From positions 1,349,932 through 1,413,931 of the forward strand of contig RHPI01002090.1 of NCBI GenBank assembly GCA_009103225.1: DNA of 64,000 nucleotides. Direction: 5' to 3'. Positions 11,890 through 28,260 of this stretch are shown piece by piece (position 1 is the first letter of the stretch; each line of letters starts with the position of its first letter). This DNA is from Chlorokybus atmophyticus. Its lineage: Eukaryota; Plantae; Mesostigma and Chlorokybus algae. The position numbers and the translations under genes were made by a program. Under the pieces are notes generated by a model that saw only the letters and a program-made list of their open reading frames with translations, ran no database searches and was not told the origin of the DNA.

Positions 11890-14800
11890 ATGGCGCCCGG
11901 GGTGGTGGGAGCTATCCCGCTGATCCGCATGGACCCACGCAGGGCGCCCGACGACCAGGAGAAGACGCCGCACAACCGGTGGCACCCGGACATACCGCAC
12001 GTCGCATCCGTCCAGGTGGAGGAACGAACGCAGTGGGTGTTAGTGGCTGTCCTTGATGCGATAGGCAGGCAATGCCACCTGCTAAGTCAGCCAAGAAGTA
12101 CAAGCTGGCTGAGTTGAAGTGTTGCTGCCTGTTCTGCATGCATAGTGCATTGAACATATATACATGCGCAGGAACACACATGCGCACACTCGGTTGCGGC
12201 GTGAGGCTTACGCGCTGACACATGCATGCGCTGCAAAACTCATGTGTTGGACTCCTTATGTAGTTCAAGTATCATGATGGTTCACTGCTGTTATTGCATT
12301 GTCCTTGCCTATGCACACGTTTGTTGCCCCTGCCTGCGTCCGTGTGCCAACGCTCTGAGCTGACAAGCTACGCTGGGCCCCATGCTTGATTAGGAAAACC
12401 AGCTGTTTCGAGTGGAAACCATCGACTGGACTGGAGGCCAGATAGGAGACAACGACTCAGCAGGTGCCTCTCTGTGTGGGCATGGGGCTGCACGTGTGTG
12501 TGTGCGCGCGCTTGCTCATGCGCGTGCCATAGTGTGTGCAGTGCGAATGTAAAATGCAGACCCACCAGCAGCTGTAACGAATCCCTTTTTGCACAATTGT
12601 CAAGCTCACCCTTGAACTGCACACGCACGCACATACACAGAGGACGTGAAGACGGTGGACCTCACCCGCGTGCACTACCTCAGTGGACCAATACGAGTCA
12701 CAGACTCAGAAGGTATGCAGTGTACTACACACAACCACCATCATACACAACATCATCACTGTTCGTAAGCAGCCAGCCCTTCAGCTGTGTGTGTGTGTGT
12801 GTGTGCCTGTGTCATCGGTTTCATCCATGCAGGCGTCCCCGCGCAACCAGGAGACCTGCTGAAGGTGGAGATATGCAACCTGGGCCCCCTGCCCGGCGAC
12901 GAGTGGGGCTTCACCGGCACATTCGACCGCGACAACGGCGGGGGGTTTCTCACAGACCACTTCCCCAGCGCCACGAAGGTCGGTTGTGGATAACAGTGGT
13001 GGTGACATCCAGCAACATCATGACCACACATCATGACAACCCACACGTGCAGGCATTGCCTCACGTGTTTGTCCGCATGGCAGGCTGTTTGGTACTTTGA
13101 TGGCATATATGCCTACTCGAGGCACATCCCAGGTGTTCGCTTTGCAGGTGAGATCACAACGTACATAACAGAACCTTCTGGTTGACAACGCGGGATGTGC
13201 CAATCAAGAACACATTGTCCTGTATCATCTGAGTGCTGAAACATACACCTTTCTGCGACAGGCATGATCCATCCTGGGCTCATTGGAACAGCGCCAAGCG
13301 CAGAGCTACTGGAGATGTGGAACAAACGAGAGTGGGTGAGTTCTGACACAAGGTCTGGTATTGTTATTGTTGTTCTGCTGTCGCGCTTACCCTGTTCCCT
13401 CCTAAGGATCTTGTGGAAGCGGGTCCCGAGAGCGTTACGTTAGGCAGTGTGTGCCACACTCGCCCGCTGGCGTGCTTGCCAACAGCGCAGGGCGCGCTCG
13501 TCGGCACCGTACGTGTTTTGCGCTGTACTCAGAAGAAGAAGCAATGCCATCAACATCATCAACAATGCACACAACAACACACACAGGTGCCGAAGGGGAC
13601 GCCGGAGTGGGGCCGTATAGCGTCGAGCGGGGCGCGCACGATCCCCGGACGGGAGAATGGCGGCAACTGCGACATCAAGAACCTCTCACGGGGCAGCAAG
13701 GTGGACTTGCATTTGCGCACGTGTTAGCAACAGTAACATTGACACAGACTGACATTCTGCTGTATTCGCGGCCGTGTGCTGCTGTGCACAGTTGTGTGCT
13801 TTGCGAGCCGCTCTGCATCGCACGATCACTACCAATGCCAGTGACCAAAGCATTCATGCTTACTTGTCTGTCAGCACTTCTTCAGCAGGGCACTGGGGTA
13901 GTGCATGCCTTTGCGTTCTGGCCTGAGAGTCCGTGCTGGAGTATGCTTAGGCCTCTACTGTACTGGTTCCGTGCACCTGCTTAAACATGAACGAGTGCTC
14001 CAACTTGGTTTTGCTGTTTACAAACTGGCAGCCGTGTTAACTGATCAGAGCGACGCGCAGATATACCTGCCAGTGTTTGTGGAGGGCGCCAACTTGTCCA
14101 TGGGCGACATGCACTTCAGCCAGGTCAGAGTGCAATGTGTGTATGACAGCAGCGGACAGACCTATCATGCTTTCATCTCACTACAAAACACCACTTCATC
14201 CAGGTCGTTGCTTGTGCATCACGCTAGTTTCGTTGCGTGCAGGGGGATGGAGAGGTGTCCTTCTGTGGCGCCATCGAGATGTCAGGATTTTTGGAGCTGA
14301 AGTAAGTGCGGCCACGCACGGGCACGTGTCGCTAAAGCACAGATGCACACACACGCGCTGGCGCTCACAGACATGGGATGCCACCATTGGGGTGGTAACC
14401 ATGCACTCGTTGCAGATGCGAGATACTCCGTGGCGGTATGGAGCAGTACCTCACCCCGATGGGTCCTTCCAAGTTGAGCGTGAACCCGATATTCGAGACG
14501 GGTCCCCTTGAACCCCGCTTCTCGCAGTGGCTCGTCTTTGAAGGTGAGAGCTGAAACAAAACAGCACACGAGCGTCACATCAATGGTAATGTTGGGTCTT
14601 CCGCGCTTAGGTGTGTCTGTGGATGAGACTGGAAAGCAGCACTACCTCGATGCCACGGTGGCGTACAAGCGTGCTGTCCTCAACGCCATTTACTACCTGT
14701 CCAAGTTCGGATACACGAAAGAACAGGTGAGTGCCATTGTGGTAATATTGAGGAGCAGAGCTCACATCTAACAGATATCATCATCTGCACAGGTCTACTT

Positions 14801-15107
14801 GCTGTTGTCGTGCTGTCCATGTGAAGGACGCATATCCGGGATAGTGGATGTCCCCAACGCGTGCGCCACCCTCGCCATTCCCATCGAAATCTTCGACCAG
14901 GTGCAATACTTGGCTGTGGTGATCATGTGGACTTGCATGCCTGTGCTATGCGTGTGCGTGTGTCATGTGGTCCTTGTGCAATGGCAGGATGTGAGGCCCA
15001 AGGCGGGCGGTCCTCCGGTGGGACCGCGGCTGGTGACGCGCGGGGATGTGGCCAATTGCTCTTACACGGGTGACAAGCCTACTTTCGTGAATCCGTGCCC
15101 GGAATAG
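11890..15107 (+). CDS. Formamidase (FmdA/AmdA acetamidase-formamidase family)
   Basis: Spliced: HNRWHPDIP | FRVETIDWTGGQI | VHYLSGPI | QPGDLLKVEI..EWGFTGTFDRDNGGGFLTDHFP | HPGLIGTAPS | GARTIPGRENGGNCDIKNLSRGSK | LSMGDMHFSQ|GDGEVSFCGAIEMSG | LDATVAYKRAVLN | LLLSCCPCEGRISGIVDVPNACATLAIP, TAG at 15105-15107. Confidence 0.96.
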
Positions 15108-15384
15108 ATGAAACGTGATACAGGGGGGAAGTCGCACCCTTTCCGCACAAACTTTATTGATCTACACAACCAGCTGTCGACAGGGTACTATTAAAGATAT
15201 ATAAAGCCGCACATTGAGCTTTACTAGCCATGTTCAGTGCTAGGCATTCTTAGAGTCCGAGTCTGCTACATTACATTCATGGCTGCATTGACACACTCTA
15301 CTTCCTGCTTGGGCAATCGCTGAGTTACTTTCAACGTTGAGCTCACAATGTTCATGCAATGCATTCGAGGGGGGGGGGGGGGGN

Positions 15385-19170
<3,786 letters not shown>

Positions 19171-19196
19171 CCGTCCCCAATCCTCCCCAATCCTAC

Positions 19197-20033
19197 CAAT
19201 ACAACTTCGTTCTGTTTGTGAAATCCGGTCCCACCGTCCCGTTCCACCCCTTATTCTTCGCCCCGCACAGGTAGCCGTCGGAGTCGAGTCCGTAGATGAT
19301 GCGTCGCGGATCGCCCCTGCTGATGGACACCCCCGCGATCACGACCATCCCGACCCAGAAACCGGCGAAGAGGAGGAGGCAGAGGACGTCGCGGCACTTG
19401 CGGTTCTCCTCGATCACCTGAGGATGGGGAAAGGGGTGGAGGTTTAGAGCGGTTGGAAAGAATGTTGATGCAGTTCAGCTTGCTAATTATATAGTGAGAT
19501 AGGGCATGAAAGCAACTTGCGATTGAGTGATTGAGGCGATATTGCCGTCCAGTCGCGGTGCGTGCGTGCGTGCGTGCGTGCGTGCGTGTGTACGTGTGTG
19601 TGTGCGTACAGGTGCGCGTGTGCGTATGTGGTGATCATGGGTGGCCGGGTAGATGGGTTGGTGACTGTGTGTTGTGGCTTTGCTCTGATTGCTTGTTTGT
19701 TTTATTTGTCCGTTTGCTTGCTTCCCGAATGACCATCTGTTTGGTGTGTTTGTTTATTTGATTGTTGTACAAGTCGTTGGATGACATAACTATCCGCTAG
19801 ATTAGTTAGCCGGAATACATAGTGTGTAACCGTGTACTTGGAAGTGTCCCTATGCAACGTGCGTGTGCAAGTGACACTTCACGCAGTCACGCTGGTTGTT
19901 GCATGTGTCCAATTGGCAGCAAGCTCGCCGCCGCGCAGACTCGCATATGGTTAACCACGCTGAGTACCTTGTCTGCGGGAGTGGGAGGACCCTTCTTCCC
20001 GTCCGCCCCATCGTCCCCCCCAAGGCACCCCAT
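19197..20033 (-). CDS. CTL1: Choline transporter-like protein (SLC44/CTL1), first two exons only; the rest of the gene is absent beyond the (GA)n tract
   Basis: Exon 20033-19968 MGCLGGDDGADGKKGPPTPADK, GT-AG intron, then exon 19417-19197 VIEENRKCRDVLCLLLFAGFWVGMVVIAGVSISRGDPRRIIYGLDSDGYLCG. This matches the SLC44 RxCxD-TM1-GxPxRLxYGxDxxGxxCG signature. A GT donor at 19196 leads into the (CT)n. Confidence 0.88.
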
Positions 20034-20190
20034 GTCTCTTCGTTTGTCTGTCTCTTCGCTCCCCTACTACTCCAAGCCCAGACTGCTAGGCCAAAATCAC
20101 CTCACCATCACCGCCTACGCCTTGCCAGTTGTTCAACGAGAACCGTGTCACGCATCTGTACTATATCTGCATCAGTCTCTCTTTGTGTGC

Positions 20191-20221
<31 letters not shown>

Positions 20222-20343
20222 CTGCCTTGTCGCACACGGGATAAATGCGTGATGCGGGACACGGGTCACGTGACACCTATGTGGCGCTGGGTTTTCGAGT
20301 CATCCAAACCGGATGTGTTCGAGGTCGGTCGCACCGGGTTGAG

Positions 20344-20406
20344 TTAGGGTTTACCGCCCAAGGTTCAGGTTTAGGTTTGGGTTTAGGTTTAGGCTTAGGC
20401 TTGGGG
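20344..20406. promoter_or_regulatory. Telo-box (TTAGGGTTT) followed by about 7 degenerate (TTTAGG)-like hexamers in the CTL1/SWC2 divergent promoter
   Basis: TTAGGGTTT at 20344-20352, then TTCAGG TTTAGG TTTGGG TTTAGG TTTAGG CTTAGG CTTGGG. Confidence 0.6.
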
Positions 20407-20647
20407 GCAGGGGCGGGGGCGGAGGTCCCAAACGTCAGGGCGGCGGTGGCGGTGGTGGTTGACAGGAGCATCCTCTGTTTCAGGCTTGATTGATAATGTC
20501 GCTGCATCCAAGTGGGTTTGCTGGTCGCTTGGCGCAGCACCGCGGAGGTGGTGATGAGTCTGGAAGCAGTAGCAGCATCCTGCGCTGATTGTCCAGCCCA
20601 ACCCGAACGCAGCTGCTTTGGTGGTCGCAACAGCAGCAGCAGCAGCC

Positions 20648-23599
20648 ATGGAGGTACCGAAGCTACCCCCTCGCGCAACGCGTGGCAAACGGTCAGACTC
20701 AATGAACGTCTTCTGCCGCTGCATGCTTTTTGCCTGGAATCAGCGTTGACTTGGCATGATCGGCTGCTGTCTTTGCGAGCGTGTGTTGAGTGTCAATCTT
20801 AGTCTAATCCCTTTTTCTGTGCATGCAGCATGCATGCGGTGATGCAAGAGGACCAAGACGCGGATGACGAGTTCTGGAACCAAGATGCGCTGCTAGAGGT
20901 GCCTTGCGTGGGGGGAGGTGCTGTTCTGCAGTGGCCACTAGGTTGCGTCTTACTTGTTAGTGCACATGGTTGGCCCCTCTGTGCCTGAGTGCAGTGCAGT
21001 GCAGTGCAGTGTATGAGTGACTTCATCACCCCTTGTGCATTGGTGCATGCTGGCCGTTGAAACGATTGTGTTCGTTGCGCCCGTACCTGTTGCGCCCGCA
21101 CTGTGCATGATAGCCACGGTGGAGCGGTTAACAGTTCATCTGATGTGTGCGTACACAGTGCGCATGCTTTTGCAACAGTGACTTGCAAGCGAACATTCGC
21201 ACAGGGTGCTTGAGGACTTTCGCACAGCTGTCTCTAACGCGCGTGCACATTGCATTCAGCTGCTGCCTCACCGACCATCTTCGTGCTTGACAGGATGAAC
21301 AAGATGACGAGTACGAAGAAGAGGAGGTGCCGGAGGACGTTGTCGACAGCGACTTTGACGAGTCGGTAGGATCCAATCGCTGTTGTTGACACAAGCCTTT
21401 TGCTTTTGGCGAAGTCACTTTTTTTTACGGATGGATTGCGCATTGATTGGCCGCCGTTGTCACCCACTCAGTAGGAGTCCGAAGAGGACGATGAGACGCC
21501 CGATGAAGACACCGAGAGGAGGTGGGTTGTGTCAGCTTCATGTGATTGTGCATGCCTTTGATCACATTGCACCCCCATCCGTGCTGTCTTTCATACTACT
21601 TCCTTTGCGAGCAGAAAGCCGCGCCGTACATTGGCTCCTCCAGGCTCAAAGAAGCCCTCAGCCCAGGCCAAGAACAACAAAACCACCAACAAGAACAAGA
21701 AGGCTGAAGTTGAAGGCCAAGCTGCTGCTGCTGCTGCACCCGGGGAGGAGGCGGGTACTCCTCCAAAGCGGCCGCGCAGGGTGCGCTTTGTTGATGAGCA
21801 GGCGGGCAAAGGTGATGGCGAGGGGGAGGGGGAGGGGGAGGAGGAGGGTGAGGAGGAGGAGGGAGGAGGTGATAAGGTGCAACCCCACAAGCAGGAGGCT
21901 CCGCAGCCGCAGCTGCAGCGGAGAGCTTCGCGACGCACGGCTGTCCTTGAGAAGGCAGCCGAGCGCGAGCAGAAGCAGAAAGAAGCACCCAAGGTTGCAT
22001 GTTGCAGCTGTTTATGATGACAATGTCAGTGCATGGCAAAGGTTTGCCAACAACTCTTGCTCAACAGACCCCTGTGAAAAAAATCAAGCCTGTTGCTCCG
22101 GAGCGCCGGCTCACTCAAGAAGAGATGCTGCAGGAAGCTGCGCAGACGGGTCTGTCTGTTCTAGAGTAGCAGCAAATGAGATACATACAACTTGTGGCTG
22201 ATGCTGAGTGTGTACTTGTTTGTGGTTGTGTTGGCTTGCAGAAGTGCAGAACTTGGCTTCGCTGGAGTATCTGCTGGCGGTTGAAGAGGAGATCAAGAAG
22301 AAAGCAACCGTCAAGAAGGCCCAGTAAGTTTTGCATACCTGACTCATGTGCATGCCTGTTAGCTACATGTGTTTGCGATTGGCTTGTGAGCTTGTTTACT
22401 CCAGGTACACTGGCCCTTTGATTCGCTATCATTCAAAAGGCGGTAAGTGCAGCATGCTTGGACAGAGCGGATGTCCCACGCTGGCTATCGTTGGTTTGGG
22501 TGGACTCTGATTTGCTGCTACTTCGCGTGCAGGCTGCACAACATTGGAGTTCCAAGATTACGAACCCAAGATTTTTGCCTTGAAAGGGCTACCATGTAAG
22601 CTGCACTGGCATTGCTCCAAAGTATGTCAACTCAAAACGTACTGCCACAAGCTGCCTCGGTTCATGCAGATGTAAAGAAGGCAGTCTGCGCGGTGACTGG
22701 TCTGCCGGCCAAGTATAGAGACCCTAAAACTGGCGCTCCGTACGCGACGCTGGAAGCCTTCAAGATACTGCGAGAAAGGTGACGACCTGTTCGTACAACT
22801 GACCTCTGCGGTTGATTGCATTGTATGTCACACTTTGAGTTGTGCTTTTGATTTACCATTTTATAGCAAGGGTTATTGCAATTGTGCTGTCTACCTGCTA
22901 CTTGCTTCTCAACATGCTGCTATCTCCCATCATTTCAGGTTGAGGGTCAGGGACGAAGCGCGTCGCATGGAGCAGCAGTCTGCCATTGCACGGAAGCGGA
23001 CACGCTTGGACGCCGTTGGCGGGGGCAGGCGCTCGCCGAGTCCGGGGCCTTTACAGCTGCCTTCATCATCACCATTGGCTGCGGGGAGGGTTACGCCGCC
23101 GCCTCCTCCTCTCAGCCACATGAAACCTGTTGTGATTGCTGCTGGCAGAGGCGTTGACGCCAACAACACGCCATTGGGGAAAGCGTCGCCATTGCCAATG
23201 CAGCCAATGCAGGCAGCAGCAGGAGGGAAGGTAGTTACTCCATCGCCACTGAGAGTGGTGCAAACGGGTGCTATGCTCGCTGCATCCCCGCTAGCACATG
23301 CGACACACTCACCCGCAGCGCCAGAGTTGTTTGCAGACCAGGCGTCTGTTTTGCATCAGTCAACGATGCTGCAGAGTAACATGCCAGTTGCTGGAACTGA
23401 GCCTGGGCGTTCCAGTCAGGCTGCGTCACGTGGAGTAGTAGGTGAAGATGATGGCCCGACAGCGGTGCTCAATGCGAGTGTGAGTACGAGGGAGCAGCAG
23501 GAAGCTGCCCAGCGAAGTATGGATTTCGACGAGCTGTTTCACAGTGATCTGGGTCTTGTGGATGCTGCTGATGTGCTTCAAGATTCAAGACCACTTTGA
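20648..23599 (+). CDS. SWC2: SWR1 complex subunit 2 (YL1/Vps72), H2A.Z chaperone; ends at 22782 if the last intron is not spliced
   Basis: MEVPKLPPRATRGKR | MQEDQDADDEFWNQD | EDVVDSDFDES | LTQEEMLQEAAQT|EVQNLASL | CAVTGLPAKYRDPKTGAPYATLEAFKILRER (YL1 and YL1_C motifs). An in-phase GT-AG intron at 22779-22938 links to the 22939-23599 ORF. Confidence 0.92.
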
Positions 23600-24188
23600 A
23601 AACAAAGCTTGTACTCCGTAAAGTTTGCAAGGCGCTATGTTCTGTGTTGACGCCGTGATGGTCTTGGGCAAGTTACGGAATTCACGCATGTGCTTTGGCA
23701 GAAGGCTTGCAGCATATAACCCTTGCTTGGGTTGCGCGACTGAAATGGATTGTGACCCAACTGGCACTGTACATTGCCAAACTGTAAGGCATCTTGTTCA
23801 GGCGTAATGCAACAGGTCATCCAAGTCCCAGGAAAACACCTAAGTTGTTTGTTTCATTGATTATGTTGGCCGCTCTACCTGTATGCAAGTCCTATATGGA
23901 AGTCAGCACTGTGTCTCACGCAAGCAGTTGGTTACAGCATTGGCGTGAATTCGCTAATCGGATAGCTAGACACCAACATCACCTAACCGCCACATGAATC
24001 CGCCTGGCTACTGCAGTCTGTAACGGTACAACTTGCACTGAGGCGTATACTTGCAGGCAATGGCAGGCAGCACAAGGTGAAAAGCACAGATGACTGCGTG
24101 GATGAACAGCACATAGTGAAAGACTGCAATTGTGATCTGTACAGGCTGAGAAATTGTTTGTGATGGTTTACCTGCTGCACATCACGCC

Positions 24189-27100
24189 CTAAGGCCAGTC
24201 TGAATACTCTCTGGACTGACCAAATAAGCCATGGGCAAAGCGCCCATTCTCCAAGTCATACTTCTGGCGCTTCTGAGCATCACACAGTACTGCATATGCC
24301 TCTCCAAGTCGCTTAAACAAGGCTTCGGCATCACACTTTACTGCATCAAATGGTGCTTTGTCTGGGTGATGCCGAAGCGCCAGCTTCCTGTCACGCCAAC
24401 AAAGTCATCAGCAACGCTTCAAGCTCAAAGCGCCCGGCATGCACTGGTGCACTGCTCAACAAGTGTCATAAACAAAACATAAAGCATTGCAGCTGCGTAA
24501 ACACCTGTAGGCCGCCTTCACTTCTGCGTGCGACGCAGAGTCTGACAGGGAGAGAACGGCGTAATAGTTGGGAGCTGCCTTTCTGCGTACCTGTTTACAT
24601 CACTGTCGGTCAGCACCACACACAAAGCCATTAGCCAGGTACGTTGCTAGAATGGTGACGGCATGACTCCTACAGGATGGGTGACAAGCAGACAATATAT
24701 ACCCTTCTTTTCAGCTCTGTCATGGAGAGGGTGAGTGTGTCTTTGGCTGCGCTGGATCCAAGTTGCGTGAGATCCTGCAGGGCGCTGCTGTAGTCACCAA
24801 TGGCAATGAAGACCTCTGCTCGGCGCTGGATGGCTCTGGTGTACGCCGGGCTGAGTCTGATAGCTGCGTTGCAATCAGCGAGCGCAGACAGGTACTGACT
24901 GACCGCAGCGTGCGCTGCACCCCGATTGCAGTACACGACAGCATTGAACTCGCCATCTGTCAGCTGCAGGGCAAGAGCTGCCGAGTACTCTTTGCACGCC
25001 TGTTCGTACTGTCCTTGGTTGAAGAGCCCGTTGCCTGCCCCGCAAAAGAAAACTTAGTGAAACATGCCTGCCTCGCACAACAAAACTTACTAAAACATGC
25101 CACCATCACAGTCAACCAACGGTAGCACTGCACCTTTTATTTTCAACTTGTTGGCCTCCTTGAAATGCATTGCTTCCTGCACTTGCGCAAGAGCGTCCTG
25201 ATGTAGCTGGTTGAGGCGCAAGTTCTCTGACTGCAGCAGGGCAACCTCTGACTGCAAGCGATCGAGCTCAGAGTCCCTGGCCCCAATATCGTAATCTGCA
25301 GACACAACCCAAATCTTCAATGATGGCAATGCATCATGGCATGTTGGGAGGGGGTCCCTGCCCTTGATGTTGAAGGTTTGAATTAGCAGGGGATCCATGT
25401 GTGCAGACACTGCATGGTTGTTTGACGGCTTTACCTGCTGTGTTGCGAGCTTTACAATGCAGTGAGATGGCTCCCATGACAGGAATGTCCGCCCCAGGTA
25501 TCTCTGCGGATTCATCATCGCCGAGATCGAATGGCACTGAGCAAGGGCTCGTGCACTTGCTGCTGCTGGCGCAGGATGTAAACACGGCCTTGGCAGACTG
25601 CAGGCTGCCAGTTGGTGATTGCGCTGTGTTGTAGTCGAACGAGCATGGCCCTTCTGATGTGATGCCAACAGCAAGGTCGTCCTGTTTGTATGCATCCTGC
25701 CTCTGTACAGCTGGGAGTTGTGATGTCTCCGCTAACTGCTGCCGCAATGCAGCGACCTCGGCATCAGCCACTCTGAGACGATGCTCTATGTCTTCTATGT
25801 GAGCATCCTTCAGTGCTGATTGTCGCTTCAGCTCGCCTGTCAGCCTTCGCACCTGCAACATGTGGCAGACTGATGAGCAAACCAAAGTTTCTAAGATGAC
25901 GATAGTTTTGCATAGTGGGTGAGAACGAACAACATACCTCGCGCTTCTTGTCTGCAAATGCTTCCACCAGCCGCGTGTTTTGTGCCGCGCACTCTAGCAA
26001 AGCCACGCGAGCGGCTCTACGGCCACCTTCCGCCTCCAAACATGCACGGCGAGAGCGCTGCAGCTCCAGCTTAGAAGTTGTCAGCTGGCGTTGACTCTGA
26101 GCTAGCTTGGCTTGCAGAGCCTCGTTCTGTTGCATGCTGTCCAGTAGGATCTCCTTCTCGGCTGATAGCTCCTCTTGGCAATCCGCGAGGCGAGCATTGC
26201 TCTGTCGAGCACAAGGCATGCATCGACTGTCAACAAGCGCTTCACAACACTGCTGCATGTGACACAACCACAAGCATTGTTCCTGAATAGCCCAAGGACG
26301 GTGGTAAATGTGCAATATATGAAAGCTGAGCCACCAGCGTAAGCACTGTGCAGGCCCACACAACTACTACTCCACGACACGTGGCCTGTACAGCTGCAAC
26401 GTAACAGCACGACACTGGCTGGTTGCTAGAACGATGTAAATGCACAAAGGTCGGAACAATATCTCAAGCAGAACTGATGGTGATTGGACTACTGATCTTA
26501 CCTGACACATGTTGCGTTCTATGGTGGCCATTTTCTGTTTCAGGAAGGCAACTTCGACAGCATGTTGTCTCCTTGTTGCAGCGCACATCAGGCACCTGTT
26601 GGTGTCTTTTGCGCTGGCTGCATCCTGTGTGCCCAGCATGTTGCAATTAGATATCCACTAGTGATTCGCGTGTAATGCGTTTCAACAACTGGCAATGTAG
26701 ATTACCGCTTTGCACTGCAGCATACACCCAAGTTGCATGGTGAAACCATCAAACCGCACATGCACAAGTTACCTTAGGGGATGTGCAAGCTCCTCCCTTG
26801 GGTGACGTGGAGATCAGTGGAACAGCAGCATCACGGATTGGCAAGTCCTTGAGCCGAGTTGCAGATGGTGAGGTCTTTGGAGAGCTGTCCTGAGCAGCTG
26901 CCAGAGTCTCACGGTCCAACTTAGGACTCGTGGCACCATTCCAGAGGAGAGACTCCAGAATCTGGTGTCTTCTTTCCAACCGGTCTTCCAGCAACCTTGC
27001 ACGGTCCTCTACAGCACCTGTGAAATTGTAACAATACCAATTGTAGGGCAAGCACAAAATGGTAAACAAAGAGCGGTAGTTGCACTCTGCTGTGCAGGAC

Positions 27101-27476
27101 CCCTGTATGTGCGTGCATGCGTGCGTCCGCGCGCACATGTGTACAAGTGCCCCAAGGAAACCTTCGAACTATGATGCTCACGTGTTTTTTCTTCAACCCC
27201 CTGTCGGTGGTCTCTGGCCTCTTGAAATTGCTGCATGCAGGTTTTAAGCTGCCGCAAATAGACACTCTGCCTTTCACATTGCTCCTGCACCCATACACCA
27301 TGGTCACACCTCGCCAACAAACATTGCACAGTATGCAGATTGCAAGGCACAGCGCTCCCCTGGTTGTGTCATGTATCATGTGTCATGTTCTCTCGGCCGC
27401 ATACCTTGTAATACGACTGGTCAGATCCCACCCGCACTGGCGGCAACGCTGCTGCTGACGCAACCTTTGCAACCAT
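24189..27476 (-). CDS. Coiled-coil + TPR + C-terminal J-domain (DnaJ/DNAJC7-like) protein; 5' end uncertain
   Basis: Exons give heptad-rich segments ([16 protein letters not shown]..., [19 protein letters not shown]), TPRs ([62 protein letters not shown]) and a J-domain ([22 protein letters not shown]|[32 protein letters not shown]). Stop at 24189-24191. The phase of the exons above 27020 is not fully resolved. Confidence 0.85.
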
Positions 27477-28101
27477 GTTCAGAAGAAACAGCTGCAATGG
27501 TGTGAGCCCGCCAAACCTATCTCAGCGCTTGGTTTGGCTGCTTGATGGGGGTGACATGCGCCGCTCAGGCCGACGAACGTGGCTTATTAGCCAGCTGGTT
27601 GGTACAGTGTCAATGCAAGCGGCAGCTGACTTGCACAAAACAAAAACGGTTCATAAGAAACTGCCCATGGCTGTTATTGCAACATGTTGCTCGCCAGCTT
27701 AACCAAGCCGAGTGCTGATCAAACATAACTCATGTGTCCATGAGTAGCTTGCACAATCCCAGCAAGTCACATTTCCAAGTTCCGAGGCAGTTGGCGCGTC
27801 CAGGTAGCTGACAGTTCAGCCATGTAGCACACAACAGGCGACGATCACGACAAGCACGAAAGTTGTCACAGTCATCATCATGCAAGTCGTGAAGCACACG
27901 TCGATTGATGGTGCAATCACCTGCTGGCCAAAGCCTCGACGAACATCACCAACGCCGCCGCTGTCGCCACTGCCGCCGACGACAAAAAACACGCAGTTTG
28001 CCCGCCCTTTCAACCGCTGCAGCCAACGGCACTGCTCTAGCAAATCAAACTGGTTCAGGAAATTGCAAAACAGAACGGGACCGACGAACCTGGTTCATAT
28101 G

Positions 28102-28113
28102 CCCTAACCCTAA
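28102..28113. promoter_or_regulatory. (CCCTAA)2 telomere-like motif about 150 bp upstream of the IWS1 ATG
   Basis: CCCTAACCCTAA read directly in a divergent promoter. Confidence 0.4.
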
Positions 28114-28260
28114 TGCACGTACACGTGGCACGTTCTACAGGCAGGGCGGCGTCGGCGGGGTTTAGCGGCGAGGGGGTTTTGATTGTTCTGGGTGTTGTTG
28201 AATTGTTGCAAGGCTTGCCAGTGCGTGAGTTGGGTAGGTGAAGAGCTGTTGTTGGTGCTG

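Noticed and set aside
28122-28129. G-box/ABRE (CACGTGGC) in the IWS1 promoter, with similar words near 20268, 55000 and 60890
   Set aside because: A short motif expected several times by chance at this base composition.
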